From positions 9,831-73,830 of the forward strand of contig JAFGVD010000019.1 of assembly GCA_016938135.1 (NCBI GenBank): a stretch of DNA of 64,000 nucleotides. The letters run 5' to 3'. Made by a program: the position numbers and the translations under genes. Below, piece by piece: positions 8,993-17,530 of the stretch (position 1 is its first letter; every line of letters starts with the position of its first letter). Origin of the DNA: Coriobacteriia bacterium. GTDB lineage: Bacteria; Actinomycetota; Coriobacteriia; Anaerosomatales; Anaerosomataceae. The notes beneath the pieces are model-generated. The model saw nothing but the letters and a program-made list of their open reading frames with translations, ran no database searches and had not been told where the DNA came from.

Positions 8993-10397
8993 GAGGTTGA
9001 GTTATTCCTTCGACGACGCGTTCAAGACCCATCACACGGGACGCCTTCACCAAGACCACATCTCCCGCCTCAAGCAGATCGTCCAGCACTCCGCTCGCCT
9101 CCTCGGCTGTGGCACACGGACGCACGAATTCAGCGTCCATACCGGCGGCCGTAGCTCCTTCGGCGATGCGCCGTGCACGCTCACCGACCGTCACCAATGC
9201 CTGAAGATGCAGCTCAGCGACGTACTCCCCCATCTTGAAGTGAGCGAGCTCGCTTAATGACCCAAGCTCCGCCATATCTCCAAGGACGGCGACCCGCTTG
9301 CCCGTTGCCCCGATCTCAGCGAGTGTCTGCAGTGCCGCCTTCATCGAGGTGGGATTCGCATTGTACGCGTCGTTGACCACGTGGATTCCGGACGCGCTTG
9401 AGAAGGTCTCCATGCGCATCTTCGTGAAGACAGCTGCCTGAAGCCCATCCACTACATCGCCAAGGCTCAGCTTCAAGTCGAGACCGAGGGAAGCCGCCGC
9501 GAGCGCATTGTATACATTGTGCCGACCGGGGACATTGAGAACTACGTCCGCACAACCCTGTTCGGTCACGAGCGTGAACGAGGCCATGCCTTCCTCGCTG
9601 ACAACGATACCCTCCGCCCGGACGTCACACGTCGGCCCTGTGCCATAGCGGGTGATCGGCGCTTCCGACAAATCGGCGAGCAGATCGGACCACCCGTCAT
9701 CTCCATTGAGGAACACCCTTCCCCGCTCGGGAATGGCGTTCACGAGCTCGCCTTTTGCCGAGGCGATCGCTTCTTCGCTACCAAGGATCTCGACGTGACT
9801 GACACCGACATTGGTCACCAGACCTGCGGTAGGACGGGCGATATCGCAAAGGGACGCTATCTGTCCCTTGCCCCGCATCGCCATTTCCACGACAAGAACC
9901 TCGGTCTCGGCCGACGCCTCCATGATCGTGAGCGGAACGCCGAGTTCGTTGTTGCGGTTCGCTTCAGTTGCGACGACCTTCAGCCGGGTACCCAGTACCG
10001 AGCGGACGAAGTCCTTGGTCGTGGTCTTGCCTGTGGACCCGGTGATCCCGATCACGGGACACTGCAGCCGTTCGCGGTGATGCGAAGCCAATGCCTGCAC
10101 AGCGGAGAGCGCGTCGTCGATCAACACCAACGCAACGTCTTGCCGACGTGAAGTAGCCACCAGCTCCCGGAACCCGTCGTCGTCCCGTGTCACGAGCAAC
10201 GCGCGTGCGCCCGCTTTGAGAGCGGGCTTCAGAAACGCGTGTCCGTCAGCATGCTCCCCGGAGAATGCCACAAACGCCGCACCGGGAGTCACGTCCCTGG
10301 AATCAGTGGCCAGTCCGTTGACCATCGTCTCCTCAGAGCCGGCCAGCAATTCACCACCGACGACATCGCAGAGTACACCTACCGAAAGTGTCAGCAC
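8985..10397 (-). CDS. murF: UDP-MurNAc-tripeptide--D-Ala-D-Ala ligase MurF
   Basis: 470 aa. Mur ligase P-loop GITGSTGKTTTKD. dcw position between murE and mraY, with an 8-nt overlap with mraY. Confidence 0.92.
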   Translation of the reverse strand: MLTLSVGVLCDVVGGELLAGSEETMVNGLATDSRDVTPGAAFVAFSGEHADGHAFLKPALKAGARALLVTRDDDGFRELVATSRRQDVALVLIDDALSAVQALASHHRERLQCPVIGITGSTGKTTTKDFVRSVLGTRLKVVATEANRNNELGVPLTIMEASAETEVLVVEMAMRGKGQIASLCDIARPTAGLVTNVGVSHVEILGSEEAIASAKGELVNAIPERGRVFLNGDDGWSDLLADLSEAPITRYGTGPTCDVRAEGIVVSEEGMASFTLVTEQGCADVVLNVPGRHNVYNALAAASLGLDLKLSLGDVVDGLQAAVFTKMRMETFSSASGIHVVNDAYNANPTSMKAALQTLAEIGATGKRVAVLGDMAELGSLSELAHFKMGEYVAELHLQALVTVGERARRIAEGATAAGMDAEFVRPCATAEEASGVLDDLLEAGDVVLVKASRVMGLERVVEGITQPHV

Positions 10398-11839
10398 AGC
10401 GTCTCCAACTCCTCTCGCGCCACTTCGCGATCGTCGAAGTGAATGGTGCGGTCGAGGAATACCTGGTAGTCCTCATGACCTTTCCCCGCGATCAACACAG
10501 AATCCCCGTCGCGCGCTTCGGCAAGCGCCATAGCGATAGCGCGACGCCGATCCACTTCCACTGAGTACTCCGTGCCTGTGGGCCGCAGTCCATCCTCTAT
10601 ATGAAGGATGATTCCCACTGGGTCCTCGGTCCGGGGGTTGTCGCTCGTCACGATCACCAGGTCGGAGCCCTCTCCTGCTGCAGCGCCCATCAACGGGCGC
10701 TTCTCCGGGTCCCTGTCTCCACCGCAACCGAACACAGTGATGACCCTCCCTGTGGTGACGGCCCTCACCGCACCGATCGCCTTCTTGAGGCTGTCCGGCG
10801 TATGCGCGTAATCGACCAGCACGGAAAACGACTGGCCCGCGTCAATCCGCTCGAGTCTTCCGGGCACCTGCGGTGCGCTCTCAAGTCCAGCAGCGATGGT
10901 CTCAAGGTCCACACCAAGCACCAGAGCGCATCCCGCGGCAACCAGGGCATTGCTGACGTTATACTCGCCGGCCAGCGGAAGACGGATGTCGACCTCCCCA
11001 TCCGGCGTCACCAGCGTGAATCGAGTCGAGGCAGCATCGGGTCTCTCGACGTACGCGCGTACATCGGCATCCACGCTCCGACCCACTGTCAGCGTTATGT
11101 CCAGTTCGGTCGCCAACATGCGTCCGTACTCGTCATCGATATTCACCACCCGCCCGGAAACGTCCAGGTCGCTCAGCAATCTGCGCTTGACGGCGAAGTA
11201 CTCCTCGAGTGTGTGATGGTAATCAAGATGGTCCTGCGTCAGATTAGTAAACGCGGCGACGGCAAAATGCACGCCGTCCACGCGATGGAGGTCGATGGCG
11301 TGCGATGACACCTCGATGGCGGCTGCGTCCACTCCATGATCCAGCATCTCGCAGAACAGCGCCTGCAGATCTGCTGACTCAGGCGTGGTACGCGCCGAGG
11401 AGAGCCTCTCACCGGCGACACGCGTCTCTACCGTCCCGATGATACCTGTGGTGCGTCCTGCGGCCCTCAAGATCGCGTCCACGAGGTATGTCGTGGTGGT
11501 CTTGCCATTGGTCCCTGTGATACCCACAACGTCCATACTCGCGGTTGGCTGCCCGTACGCGCGCGCGGATGCGAGCGCGAGAGCCCGTCGAGCGTCAGGC
11601 ACAACAGCCTGGGGCAGATCGACGTCCACCGGATGCTCCACGACAAGCGCTACCGCACCCCGCCCGGCAGCATCAGCGGCGAAGCTGTGCCCGTCCACTT
11701 TGAATCCGGGAATGCAGAAGAACGCGTCGCCTTCGCGGACGCGGTCGGATCGGTATGCGACGCCGCCGACCACGGGATCACCCGTAGTCATAATCGCTTC
11801 GATATCAACCAAAAGCGTCGAGAGAATCGTCTCATCCAC
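10391..11839 (-). CDS. murE: UDP-MurNAc-L-Ala-D-Glu--2,6-diaminopimelate ligase MurE
   Basis: 482 aa. P-loop GITGTNGKTTTT. C-terminal VTSDNPRTEDP contains the DNPR motif associated with meso-DAP-adding MurE enzymes. Confidence 0.92.
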   Translation of the reverse strand: MDETILSTLLVDIEAIMTTGDPVVGGVAYRSDRVREGDAFFCIPGFKVDGHSFAADAAGRGAVALVVEHPVDVDLPQAVVPDARRALALASARAYGQPTASMDVVGITGTNGKTTTTYLVDAILRAAGRTTGIIGTVETRVAGERLSSARTTPESADLQALFCEMLDHGVDAAAIEVSSHAIDLHRVDGVHFAVAAFTNLTQDHLDYHHTLEEYFAVKRRLLSDLDVSGRVVNIDDEYGRMLATELDITLTVGRSVDADVRAYVERPDAASTRFTLVTPDGEVDIRLPLAGEYNVSNALVAAGCALVLGVDLETIAAGLESAPQVPGRLERIDAGQSFSVLVDYAHTPDSLKKAIGAVRAVTTGRVITVFGCGGDRDPEKRPLMGAAAGEGSDLVIVTSDNPRTEDPVGIILHIEDGLRPTGTEYSVEVDRRRAIAMALAEARDGDSVLIAGKGHEDYQVFLDRTIHFDDREVAREELETLC

Positions 11840-11895
11840 CGCATTCCACCGCTCGTGAGTCGCAGTATTCTAGCATAGCCGCAACACTCCTCAGC

Positions 11896-13650
11896 TCAGT
11901 GAGCCGTAGCCTGTGAACCGCCTGTTACCGTGGTCGAATCGCTACTCATCCCAGCGCTCGGTGGCACCTTCAAGTGCGCCACGCAAAACGACGCAAGGTT
12001 GCTGAACGCAGGTGCAGCAACTGTCCCTCCGTAGTAGCCGTTCTTGGGCTCATCCACCGTCACGACGATCAAGACCGCAGGGTCATCAGCCGGCAGGAAT
12101 CCGGAGAACGACGCAACGTACTTGCCTGCGGCATATCCCGCCACCCCGTCGGTTCGGGCCTTCTGCGCCGTCCCTGTCTTGCCGGCCACCTCGTAGCCGG
12201 CGACCTTGGCAGCAGACCCTGTACCCTCCGAGACGACAGCCTTCATGACCTCACGCATATCGGCCGCTGTGTCGTCCGAGATCGCTCGAGTGGTGGGCCA
12301 TGAGAGCTCTTGATCGGGCGAGTCAGGCATCGACCGCAAGAAGTGCGGGGTCACCATTTCGCCGCCATTCGCAATGACCGATAGACCACGGGCCAGCTGC
12401 AGGGGCGTCACCGAGATACCCTGCCCGAAGGGGATGTTCGCGATCGAGGACGCCGACCACTTGTCCACTGTGGGCAGATACCCGGTCGCTTCACCTGGGA
12501 AATCGACGCCGGTCTTCTCGGTCAAGCCGAAGAGCGAGAAGTAGTCATAGAGCTTCTGCTCACCCAGTGCGAGGCCGAGCTTGACCGCACCAACGTTGGA
12601 GGAGTTCGTGACGATCTCTGTGAGCGACCAGTCCACACGGTCGCGGTCATGCGACTCGTGGATAGTGCGCCCACCCACCTCAAGAGTGGACGGCAGGTCG
12701 AACATGCTCGTGGGCGTGAACAGACCCTCCTCGATGACGGCGGCGGCCGTTATAGACTTGATGGTGGATCCGGGTTCGTATGAGTCCACAATGGGTGTGT
12801 TGCGATACGCGGACTCGTCGGCATCTCCGAACTCGTTGGGATTGAACCCCGGAGTAGACGCCATAGCCAGGATCTCCCCGTTGTTCGGGTCCATGACCAC
12901 AACCGAGCCACCCTTGGCGTCCCACTCTTCGACCGTCTTCTCTAGCTCCAGATGAGCCTGGTACTGGATGTCTTTGTCTATTGTGAGCACAAGGTTCTGG
13001 CCGTCGACAGGCGCCTCCTCGAACGTCACTCCATCGGGGATCGGTATGCCGCTACGCCCACGCTCGGCGATAAGCCGCCCCTCCACGCCAGACAGGACCT
13101 CGTCATAGTACTTCTCTAGTCCGGCCAGCCCCTCATCATCGATGCCGACGAAACCCAACACCTGACAGGCGAGTTCATTCGACGGATATACGCGGTTCGA
13201 GTCCTCCAGGAAGGCGATGCCGGCCAGATCCAGCGCCTGGAGAGCATCCGCAGTCTCCACGGAGACCTTTCGAGCGATATAGACGAAGCTGGTATCCTTC
13301 TGCAGCTTCGCCAGATAGTCCTCACTGTCACCGCCCAATGTCTCGGCGAGTTGAGTCGCCACACCCTGGGCGTCAGTCACCTGCGCTGGAACCGCATAAA
13401 TCGTCCGTGCGTCCATAGTCACTGCGAGCGGTTCGCCCTCACGGTCGAATATCGAGCCTCGCCGAGGCGTAAGAACCACGTCCCGCGTCCGCTGCTGTTC
13501 AGCAGCCTCAGCGTACTCGGGAGCTTTGATGACCTGGATGTACACGAGACGCCCAACCACTGCGGCAAGGGCCAGCGCCACGATGACGAACAGGCCAGCG
13601 TAGCGACCGACATGAGGAGTTCGCGCCGCTGCCCGTCGTTTGCCGGTCAC
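11896..13650 (-). CDS. ftsI: Class B penicillin-binding protein (FtsI-type transpeptidase)
   Basis: 584 aa. N-terminal TM, then a PBP dimerisation region and transpeptidase motifs STIK (PGSTIKSI), SSN (NSSNVGA) and KTG (GKTGTAQ). dcw position. Confidence 0.9.
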   Translation of the reverse strand: MTGKRRAAARTPHVGRYAGLFVIVALALAAVVGRLVYIQVIKAPEYAEAAEQQRTRDVVLTPRRGSIFDREGEPLAVTMDARTIYAVPAQVTDAQGVATQLAETLGGDSEDYLAKLQKDTSFVYIARKVSVETADALQALDLAGIAFLEDSNRVYPSNELACQVLGFVGIDDEGLAGLEKYYDEVLSGVEGRLIAERGRSGIPIPDGVTFEEAPVDGQNLVLTIDKDIQYQAHLELEKTVEEWDAKGGSVVVMDPNNGEILAMASTPGFNPNEFGDADESAYRNTPIVDSYEPGSTIKSITAAAVIEEGLFTPTSMFDLPSTLEVGGRTIHESHDRDRVDWSLTEIVTNSSNVGAVKLGLALGEQKLYDYFSLFGLTEKTGVDFPGEATGYLPTVDKWSASSIANIPFGQGISVTPLQLARGLSVIANGGEMVTPHFLRSMPDSPDQELSWPTTRAISDDTAADMREVMKAVVSEGTGSAAKVAGYEVAGKTGTAQKARTDGVAGYAAGKYVASFSGFLPADDPAVLIVVTVDEPKNGYYGGTVAAPAFSNLASFCVAHLKVPPSAGMSSDSTTVTGGSQATAH

Positions 13651-13675
13651 CGTCGCCTCCTTTGCAGGGCTGTCA

Positions 13676-14239
13676 TCACTTGACTGAAGCGATGCCGACG
13701 TCGCCGACCAACAGTACCTGAGCCTCGCCCACGGCTACATCCATAACGGTGGAGATGACACTGGCGACCGTTGTGGACTTTGCGGACTTGGTTTGGGCGA
13801 CCTTCTCTGTGGATGGCTCTACAATCGGTTCATCACCGACCTCGACAGCAGGGAGGTCGATGTAGCAGACCTCATCCGGCTGCGCCATATTGAGCGACGA
13901 GCTTGCTATCGACTCAATCCGTGACGGAGCTGCAAGGGTGCTGCGATCAGCCTCCAGAGCTGTGGCGACCTGCTCCTCGGCCTTGATCACAGCGAGCAGG
14001 TCGTTCGCGTCGATAGCCGCCTCCTGGGCCTGGACGGCAAGAGTGATCCGCAACATCCCGACGATCGTCAGAGCCGCCATGACCACGCAGAATACGCGGA
14101 AGGCAGAAGCTGCATCCTTGCTGTGTCCGCTGCGAGAGTTACGCTTCGTTGCCGGGCGAACGTGCGACTTGACGAGTCGAAGCTGCGGGCGCGCGACGGC
14201 TGCATGACGAATCGTGAGCTTGCGTGCTGCCTCCCCCAC
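13676..14239 (-). CDS. ftsL: FtsL-like cell division membrane protein (long form)
   Basis: One TM (FRVFCVVMAALTIVGML), then a coiled-coil-like stretch and PSRIESIASSSLNMAQP, which resembles the FtsL C-terminal motif. Sits between rsmH and ftsI. Start moved to GTG 14239, which follows GGGAGAGGAGG. Sequence-level identification is weak. Confidence 0.6.
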   Translation of the reverse strand: MGEAARKLTIRHAAVARPQLRLVKSHVRPATKRNSRSGHSKDAASAFRVFCVVMAALTIVGMLRITLAVQAQEAAIDANDLLAVIKAEEQVATALEADRSTLAAPSRIESIASSSLNMAQPDEVCYIDLPAVEVGDEPIVEPSTEKVAQTKSAKSTTVASVISTVMDVAVGEAQVLLVGDVGIASVK

Positions 14240-14270
14240 GTCCGCGCCTCCTCTCCCGTTCTTCGTCAAC

Positions 14271-15221
14271 TCACGTCGTACTGTCTGCCAGCTTCTCCGC
14301 CACCCGCAGCTTTGCGCTGCGTGCACGCGGATTCACTTCTATCTCAGCTGTGGTCGGAACCACAGGCTTTCGTGTAACGATTCGGAGTACCGGCGAGTTC
14401 CCGCACCTGCAGATGGGCAGATCGGGAGGACATACACACCCCCCGGCGTACTCGGCGAAGATCTGTTTGGTGATGCGATCTTCAAGCGAGTGATAGCTGA
14501 TCACAGCAATGCGTCCGCCGGGTCTCAACCATCGTATTGCGGCCCTTAGACCACGCTCCAGAACCTCGAGTTCACCATTGACCTCGATCCTGAGCGCCTG
14601 GAACGTCCGGCGGGCAGGATGCGGACCCTCTCGGCGGGCACCTGCCGGAATCGCCGCCTTCACGATCTCAACGAGTTCCGCAGTCGTCTCGATGGGTTGG
14701 CGGGCACGCGCGGCTACGATGAATGCTGCGATGCGCGTGGCCCACCGTTCCTCGCCGTAATCTCGAAGGATCCGTGCAAGGCTTCCTTCGTCGTACGTGT
14801 TTATGACGGCGGCCGCGGTAGGCTGCGTCGATGAGGCGTCCATGCGCATATCGAGCAAGACATCCTCGTGGTATGAAAAACCGCGGCCGCGTACGTCCAA
14901 CTGGGGTGAAGACACGCCGAGGTCGAACAAGAAACCATCGACGTAGGGGATCCCGGCCTCGACAAGCAAGTCGTCAAGATCTCCGAAGTTCCCCTTTATC
15001 AGTACTGTCTGCTGGCCGAGGCGGAGTGCGTCTGCTGCTGCGGCAAGTGCGGCGTCATCTTGGTCGATTCCCACGAGAATCCCCGTGGGCGCGATAAACT
15101 CTGCCATCCGCTTCGCGTGTCCTGCCCCGCCTAAGGTACAGTCGACGATGATCGATCCGTCATGGAGTGGTAGCTGCTGTGTGACCTCGGCCAGCAAAAC
15201 TGGGGTGTGCCGGTATTCCAT
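14271..15221 (-). CDS. rsmH: 16S rRNA (cytosine1402-N4)-methyltransferase RsmH/MraW
   Basis: N-terminus MEYRHTPVLLAEV and the SAM motif DCTLGGAGHA. Second gene of the dcw operon. Start taken at ATG 15221 rather than the ORF-track TTG 15254, which would overlap mraZ. Confidence 0.93.
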   Translation of the reverse strand: MEYRHTPVLLAEVTQQLPLHDGSIIVDCTLGGAGHAKRMAEFIAPTGILVGIDQDDAALAAAADALRLGQQTVLIKGNFGDLDDLLVEAGIPYVDGFLFDLGVSSPQLDVRGRGFSYHEDVLLDMRMDASSTQPTAAAVINTYDEGSLARILRDYGEERWATRIAAFIVAARARQPIETTAELVEIVKAAIPAGARREGPHPARRTFQALRIEVNGELEVLERGLRAAIRWLRPGGRIAVISYHSLEDRITKQIFAEYAGGCVCPPDLPICRCGNSPVLRIVTRKPVVPTTAEIEVNPRARSAKLRVAEKLADSTT

Positions 15222-15231
15222 TTTCAAGGCC

Positions 15232-15666
15232 CTACAAGATTCCGAGCTCGGCAAGTTCCTGTGTCACGTCTTCGATCTGATCGGTCGTCTCTCCGTTGTA
15301 GGCCGCCCACTTCTCGGCATCCCACAACTCGATCCGATCACCGTTACCGATAACCGCGACGTCCTTGTCGAGTCCGGCGTACTCACGAAGGTTCGACGAG
15401 ACCGAGATGCGACCCGCCGAGTCGAGTTCAGTCTCCAAAGCGCCAGACGAGAAAAAGCGCCGCACCTTGCGGAACTTGGGATCGAAATCCCCCCTGTCGG
15501 TCAACTGACCGAGGAACTGGGTGTACTCGTCGGACGAATGCACATACAGGCAGTTCTCAAGCCCCTTGGAAACGACAAGGCTACCCGTCATCTGCGCACG
15601 GAACTTGGCAGGCAGCGAGACACGTCCTTTGGCGTCCAGCGTGTGCTGGTGCTCGCCTAGAAACAT
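15232..15666 (-). CDS. mraZ: Transcriptional regulator MraZ
   Basis: MFLGEHQHTLDAKGRVSLPAKFR... plus a second half with DSAGRISVSSNLR: the two DxxxR SpoVT/AbrB-like repeats typical of MraZ. Start ATG 15666 is preceded by GGAGCAGGGAGGGA. The ORF-track N-terminal 21 aa were trimmed. Confidence 0.93.
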   Translation of the reverse strand: MFLGEHQHTLDAKGRVSLPAKFRAQMTGSLVVSKGLENCLYVHSSDEYTQFLGQLTDRGDFDPKFRKVRRFFSSGALETELDSAGRISVSSNLREYAGLDKDVAVIGNGDRIELWDAEKWAAYNGETTDQIEDVTQELAELGIL

Positions 15667-15728
15667 CCCGTCCCTCCCTGCTCCTCCGGGGCCCACCTTA
15701 CGAGGCGGTGTACACCTCGACAGGCACA

Positions 15729-15763
15729 ACTCTATTCCACTTCATCCCACTTTGCAACACTTG
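15729..15763 (-). promoter_or_regulatory. dcw (mraZ) promoter TTGCAA-17 nt-TAGAGT with three 10-bp-phased AAGTG(T/G) boxes (candidate MraZ operator)
   Basis: Minus-strand reading is GCAAGTGTTGCAAAGTGGGATGAAGTGGAATAGAGTTG. The -35 is at 15752-15757 and the -10 at 15729-15734. The CACTT complements of the boxes sit at 15738-42, 15748-52 and 15758-62, exactly 10 bp apart. The element lies about 60-95 nt upstream of the mraZ ATG. Confidence 0.6.
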
Positions 15764-15931
15764 CATGGGAAAACACCCCACCATCCTCCACCGGTCTGAC
15801 ACTCTTCGCCACAAACTGCCAAACATAGGCAGAACCCGACGTGCAAATCGAGCGTCTTACGTACTGCAGGCAGGAATCGGACGTTGATAGCGGAATAGAA
15901 GAAGGTGAGGAAACGCTCCAGATACGGGTAG

Positions 15932-15961
15932 TTGCCCGCATAGGACTTGGAGCGATAGAAT
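15932..15961 (+). promoter_or_regulatory. Candidate promoter TTGCCC-18 nt-TAGAAT for the 54-aa ORF
   Basis: TTGCCC at 15932-15937 and TAGAAT at 15956-15961. This is about 40 nt upstream of ATG 16002, with SD GGAGGTG in between. TAGAAT recurs as a candidate -10 before aroC (51541-46) and before the BMP lipoprotein gene (22579-84). Confidence 0.4.
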
Positions 15962-16001
15962 CGAGTCATGTCCGCGGGCTCTCTGGAGGTGAACCGCCCC
16001 C

Positions 16002-16166
16002 ATGTCACTGCTCATAGCTGCTGGACCCGTTCTCGGCTACAACGTCGCGAGTATCGTATTTCAGTTCCTTGTAGTCGCCTTCTTCGCTGTCATCGCGATC
16101 GCGATCGGCTTCCTCGTCTACGCTGCAAAGCAGCTCAAGGCGCGCGAAAGCTCCGTCAGCGAGTAG
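16002..16166 (+). CDS. Unannotated small hydrophobic protein, 54 aa (below the ORF-track size cut-off)
   Basis: My translation is MSLLIAAGPVLGYNVASIVFQFLVVAFFAVIAIAIGFLVYAAKQLKARESSVSE. SD GGAGGTG at 15985-15991. Third codon positions are mostly C/G, as in neighbouring genes. A strong intrinsic terminator follows 26 nt after the TAG. Confidence 0.55.
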   Translation: MSLLIAAGPVLGYNVASIVFQFLVVAFFAVIAIAIGFLVYAAKQLKARESSVSE

Positions 16167-16191
16167 CGAACCCGCTATCATCGCACCACCG

Positions 16192-16238
16192 ACGCCCCAC
16201 CGCCTGCATCCAGTAGGCGGCTTGGGGCGTTTTTTGTT
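16192..16238 (+). terminator. Rho-independent terminator after the 54-aa ORF
   Basis: ACGCCCCA-CCGCCT-gcatccagt-AGGCGG-ct-TGGGGCGT followed by TTTTTGTT. That is 14 paired bases with a 2-nt bulge plus a U-run. It works on the plus strand only. Confidence 0.8.
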
Positions 16239-16290
16239 GGGGATTACGGTAGTGTGGGACGTGAAGGCCCACCGGGAAAAGGAGTTCACG

Positions 16291-17283
16291 ATGTCTCGGA
16301 TCCGTTCAAGAACCTTCGTATCCACGGTGCTCGTATGTGCGCTTCTCGCGCTTGCTGGCTGCTCGGCGATCAGCGGAGACAGCTCAGACAGCGTGGCTAC
16401 CATCGATCAGGAGTTCGCCGGAGCACCCGAAGAGATGCCGATGACCTCGGACGGTGTCATGAGCAAGAACTCCGAGGACGAGATGCTGGCTTCGGACACT
16501 GCGGAACGTTCCGGAGACGTCGCTGTCCACGCCACTGATCGACTGATCATCCGCAACAAGACGATGCGCATCGAGGTAGAGGAAGTCGACTCCGCCGTCT
16601 CGATGATCGAGAAGCTCGCCGCCGACCACAACGGAATCATCACAGCCATGCAGGTCGCCACAGACAACGACACGCCCGTCTACCGGTATGATGAGACCAC
16701 CTACTCAGATGGCGCGGCCCTGCGCGGGTATGTGACCGTTCGTGTCCCTGCTGAGGAATACAGCACATTCCTCAAGGGCGTCACAGGTATCGGCACAGTG
16801 CTCTATCAGGCCGAAGACGCTCAAGACGTCACACAGCAGCATGTAGACATGGCCGCCAGACTGGACAATCTGATCGCCGAGGAGACCCGTCTTCGCGAGT
16901 TCTTCGACTCGGCAACCAACGTCGAGGAAATGCTCTCGATCGAGAGGGAGCTCTCCCGTGTCCGCGGTGAGATCGAAAGCCTTGACGCGCAGGTGAAGTA
17001 CCTGGAACGACAGGCAGCGATGGCTACGGTGACGATCGACCTGACCGAGCCCAAGCCTCTCGTTCGCCCCTCCGGCGATGACTGGGGCTTTGGCGAAGCC
17101 ATCACAGACGGCTTCCGTGGCGCTGCTGGCGTCGTTCGCGTGGCCATCATGCTGGCCATCGCCACCGCACCACTGTGGCTGATCGCACTGCTGGCGTTCT
17201 TCGTCGTGCGCGCCCTTCTGCGCAAGCGAGCGCTCAAGCGGTCACAGGAAGTCGCACCCGCCGAGCAGATGAACGAGGGCTAG
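16291..17283 (+). CDS. DUF4349-type lipoprotein (coiled-coil ectodomain, C-terminal TM anchor)
   Basis: Start at ATG 16291 after GGAAAAGGAG. Lipobox LLALAGCS. Coiled-coil segment RLDNLIAEETRLREF...SIERELSRVRGEIESLDAQVKYLERQ, then C-terminal TM helices. This architecture matches the DUF4349 family as I remember it. Confidence 0.65.
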   Translation: MSRIRSRTFVSTVLVCALLALAGCSAISGDSSDSVATIDQEFAGAPEEMPMTSDGVMSKNSEDEMLASDTAERSGDVAVHATDRLIIRNKTMRIEVEEVDSAVSMIEKLAADHNGIITAMQVATDNDTPVYRYDETTYSDGAALRGYVTVRVPAEEYSTFLKGVTGIGTVLYQAEDAQDVTQQHVDMAARLDNLIAEETRLREFFDSATNVEEMLSIERELSRVRGEIESLDAQVKYLERQAAMATVTIDLTEPKPLVRPSGDDWGFGEAITDGFRGAAGVVRVAIMLAIATAPLWLIALLAFFVVRALLRKRALKRSQEVAPAEQMNEG

Positions 17284-17284
17284 C

Positions 17285-17530
17285 GTGCTGCGTCCATCTC
17301 TGAAGATGCCACTTTGGGCGGCGGTCGGGCTTCCGGCCGCCGCCTATGTGCTAAGAGGGATCCTGCGCGGGATGTACTTCGCTCCCGACCTTCCGGCCGA
17401 CGCTGTCGTGATCGGCGTCTGGATTCTTGTCATCGCTGTCGCTGCCGCTGTCCGCACGTCGTCCACGAATCATGGCGGCGATGAGCTGACCGACGACATG
17501 GACGACGAACGCGGCACCGAAGGCCACTAG
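17285..17530 (+). CDS. Possible small 2-TM membrane protein (81 aa), translationally coupled to the DUF4349 gene
   Basis: GTG 17285 lies 1 nt after the upstream TAG and is preceded by ACGAGGG. It overlaps the convergent ORF 17351..17716 by 180 nt in the GNC/GNC-symmetric frame, so composition cannot tell which is real. Confidence 0.4.
   Translation: MLRPSLKMPLWAAVGLPAAAYVLRGILRGMYFAPDLPADAVVIGVWILVIAVAAAVRTSSTNHGGDELTDDMDDERGTEGH

Noticed and set aside
15742-16008. 88-aa minus-strand ORF upstream of mraZ with a Cys-rich C-terminus (..CLCLAVCGEECQTGGGWWGVFPCKCCKVG) that superficially resembles a RiPP precursor
   Set aside because: Its 3' third is the Pmra promoter and MraZ-box region itself, so the Cys/Trp/Gly codons are the TGG/TGT/GTG box sequence read in frame. 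No SD precedes either ATG. Its 5' end collides with the promoter, SD and start of the better-supported plus-strand 54-aa ORF. No modification enzymes lie nearby. The first ~40 codons do show C-ending codon bias, so a degraded gene remnant is possible.
16005-16403. 132-aa minus-strand ORF spanning the small-ORF terminator and the DUF4349 gene start
   Set aside because: It runs antisense through a strong plus-strand terminator hairpin and through the signal peptide of the DUF4349 lipoprotein gene. It has no SD and its composition is implausible.
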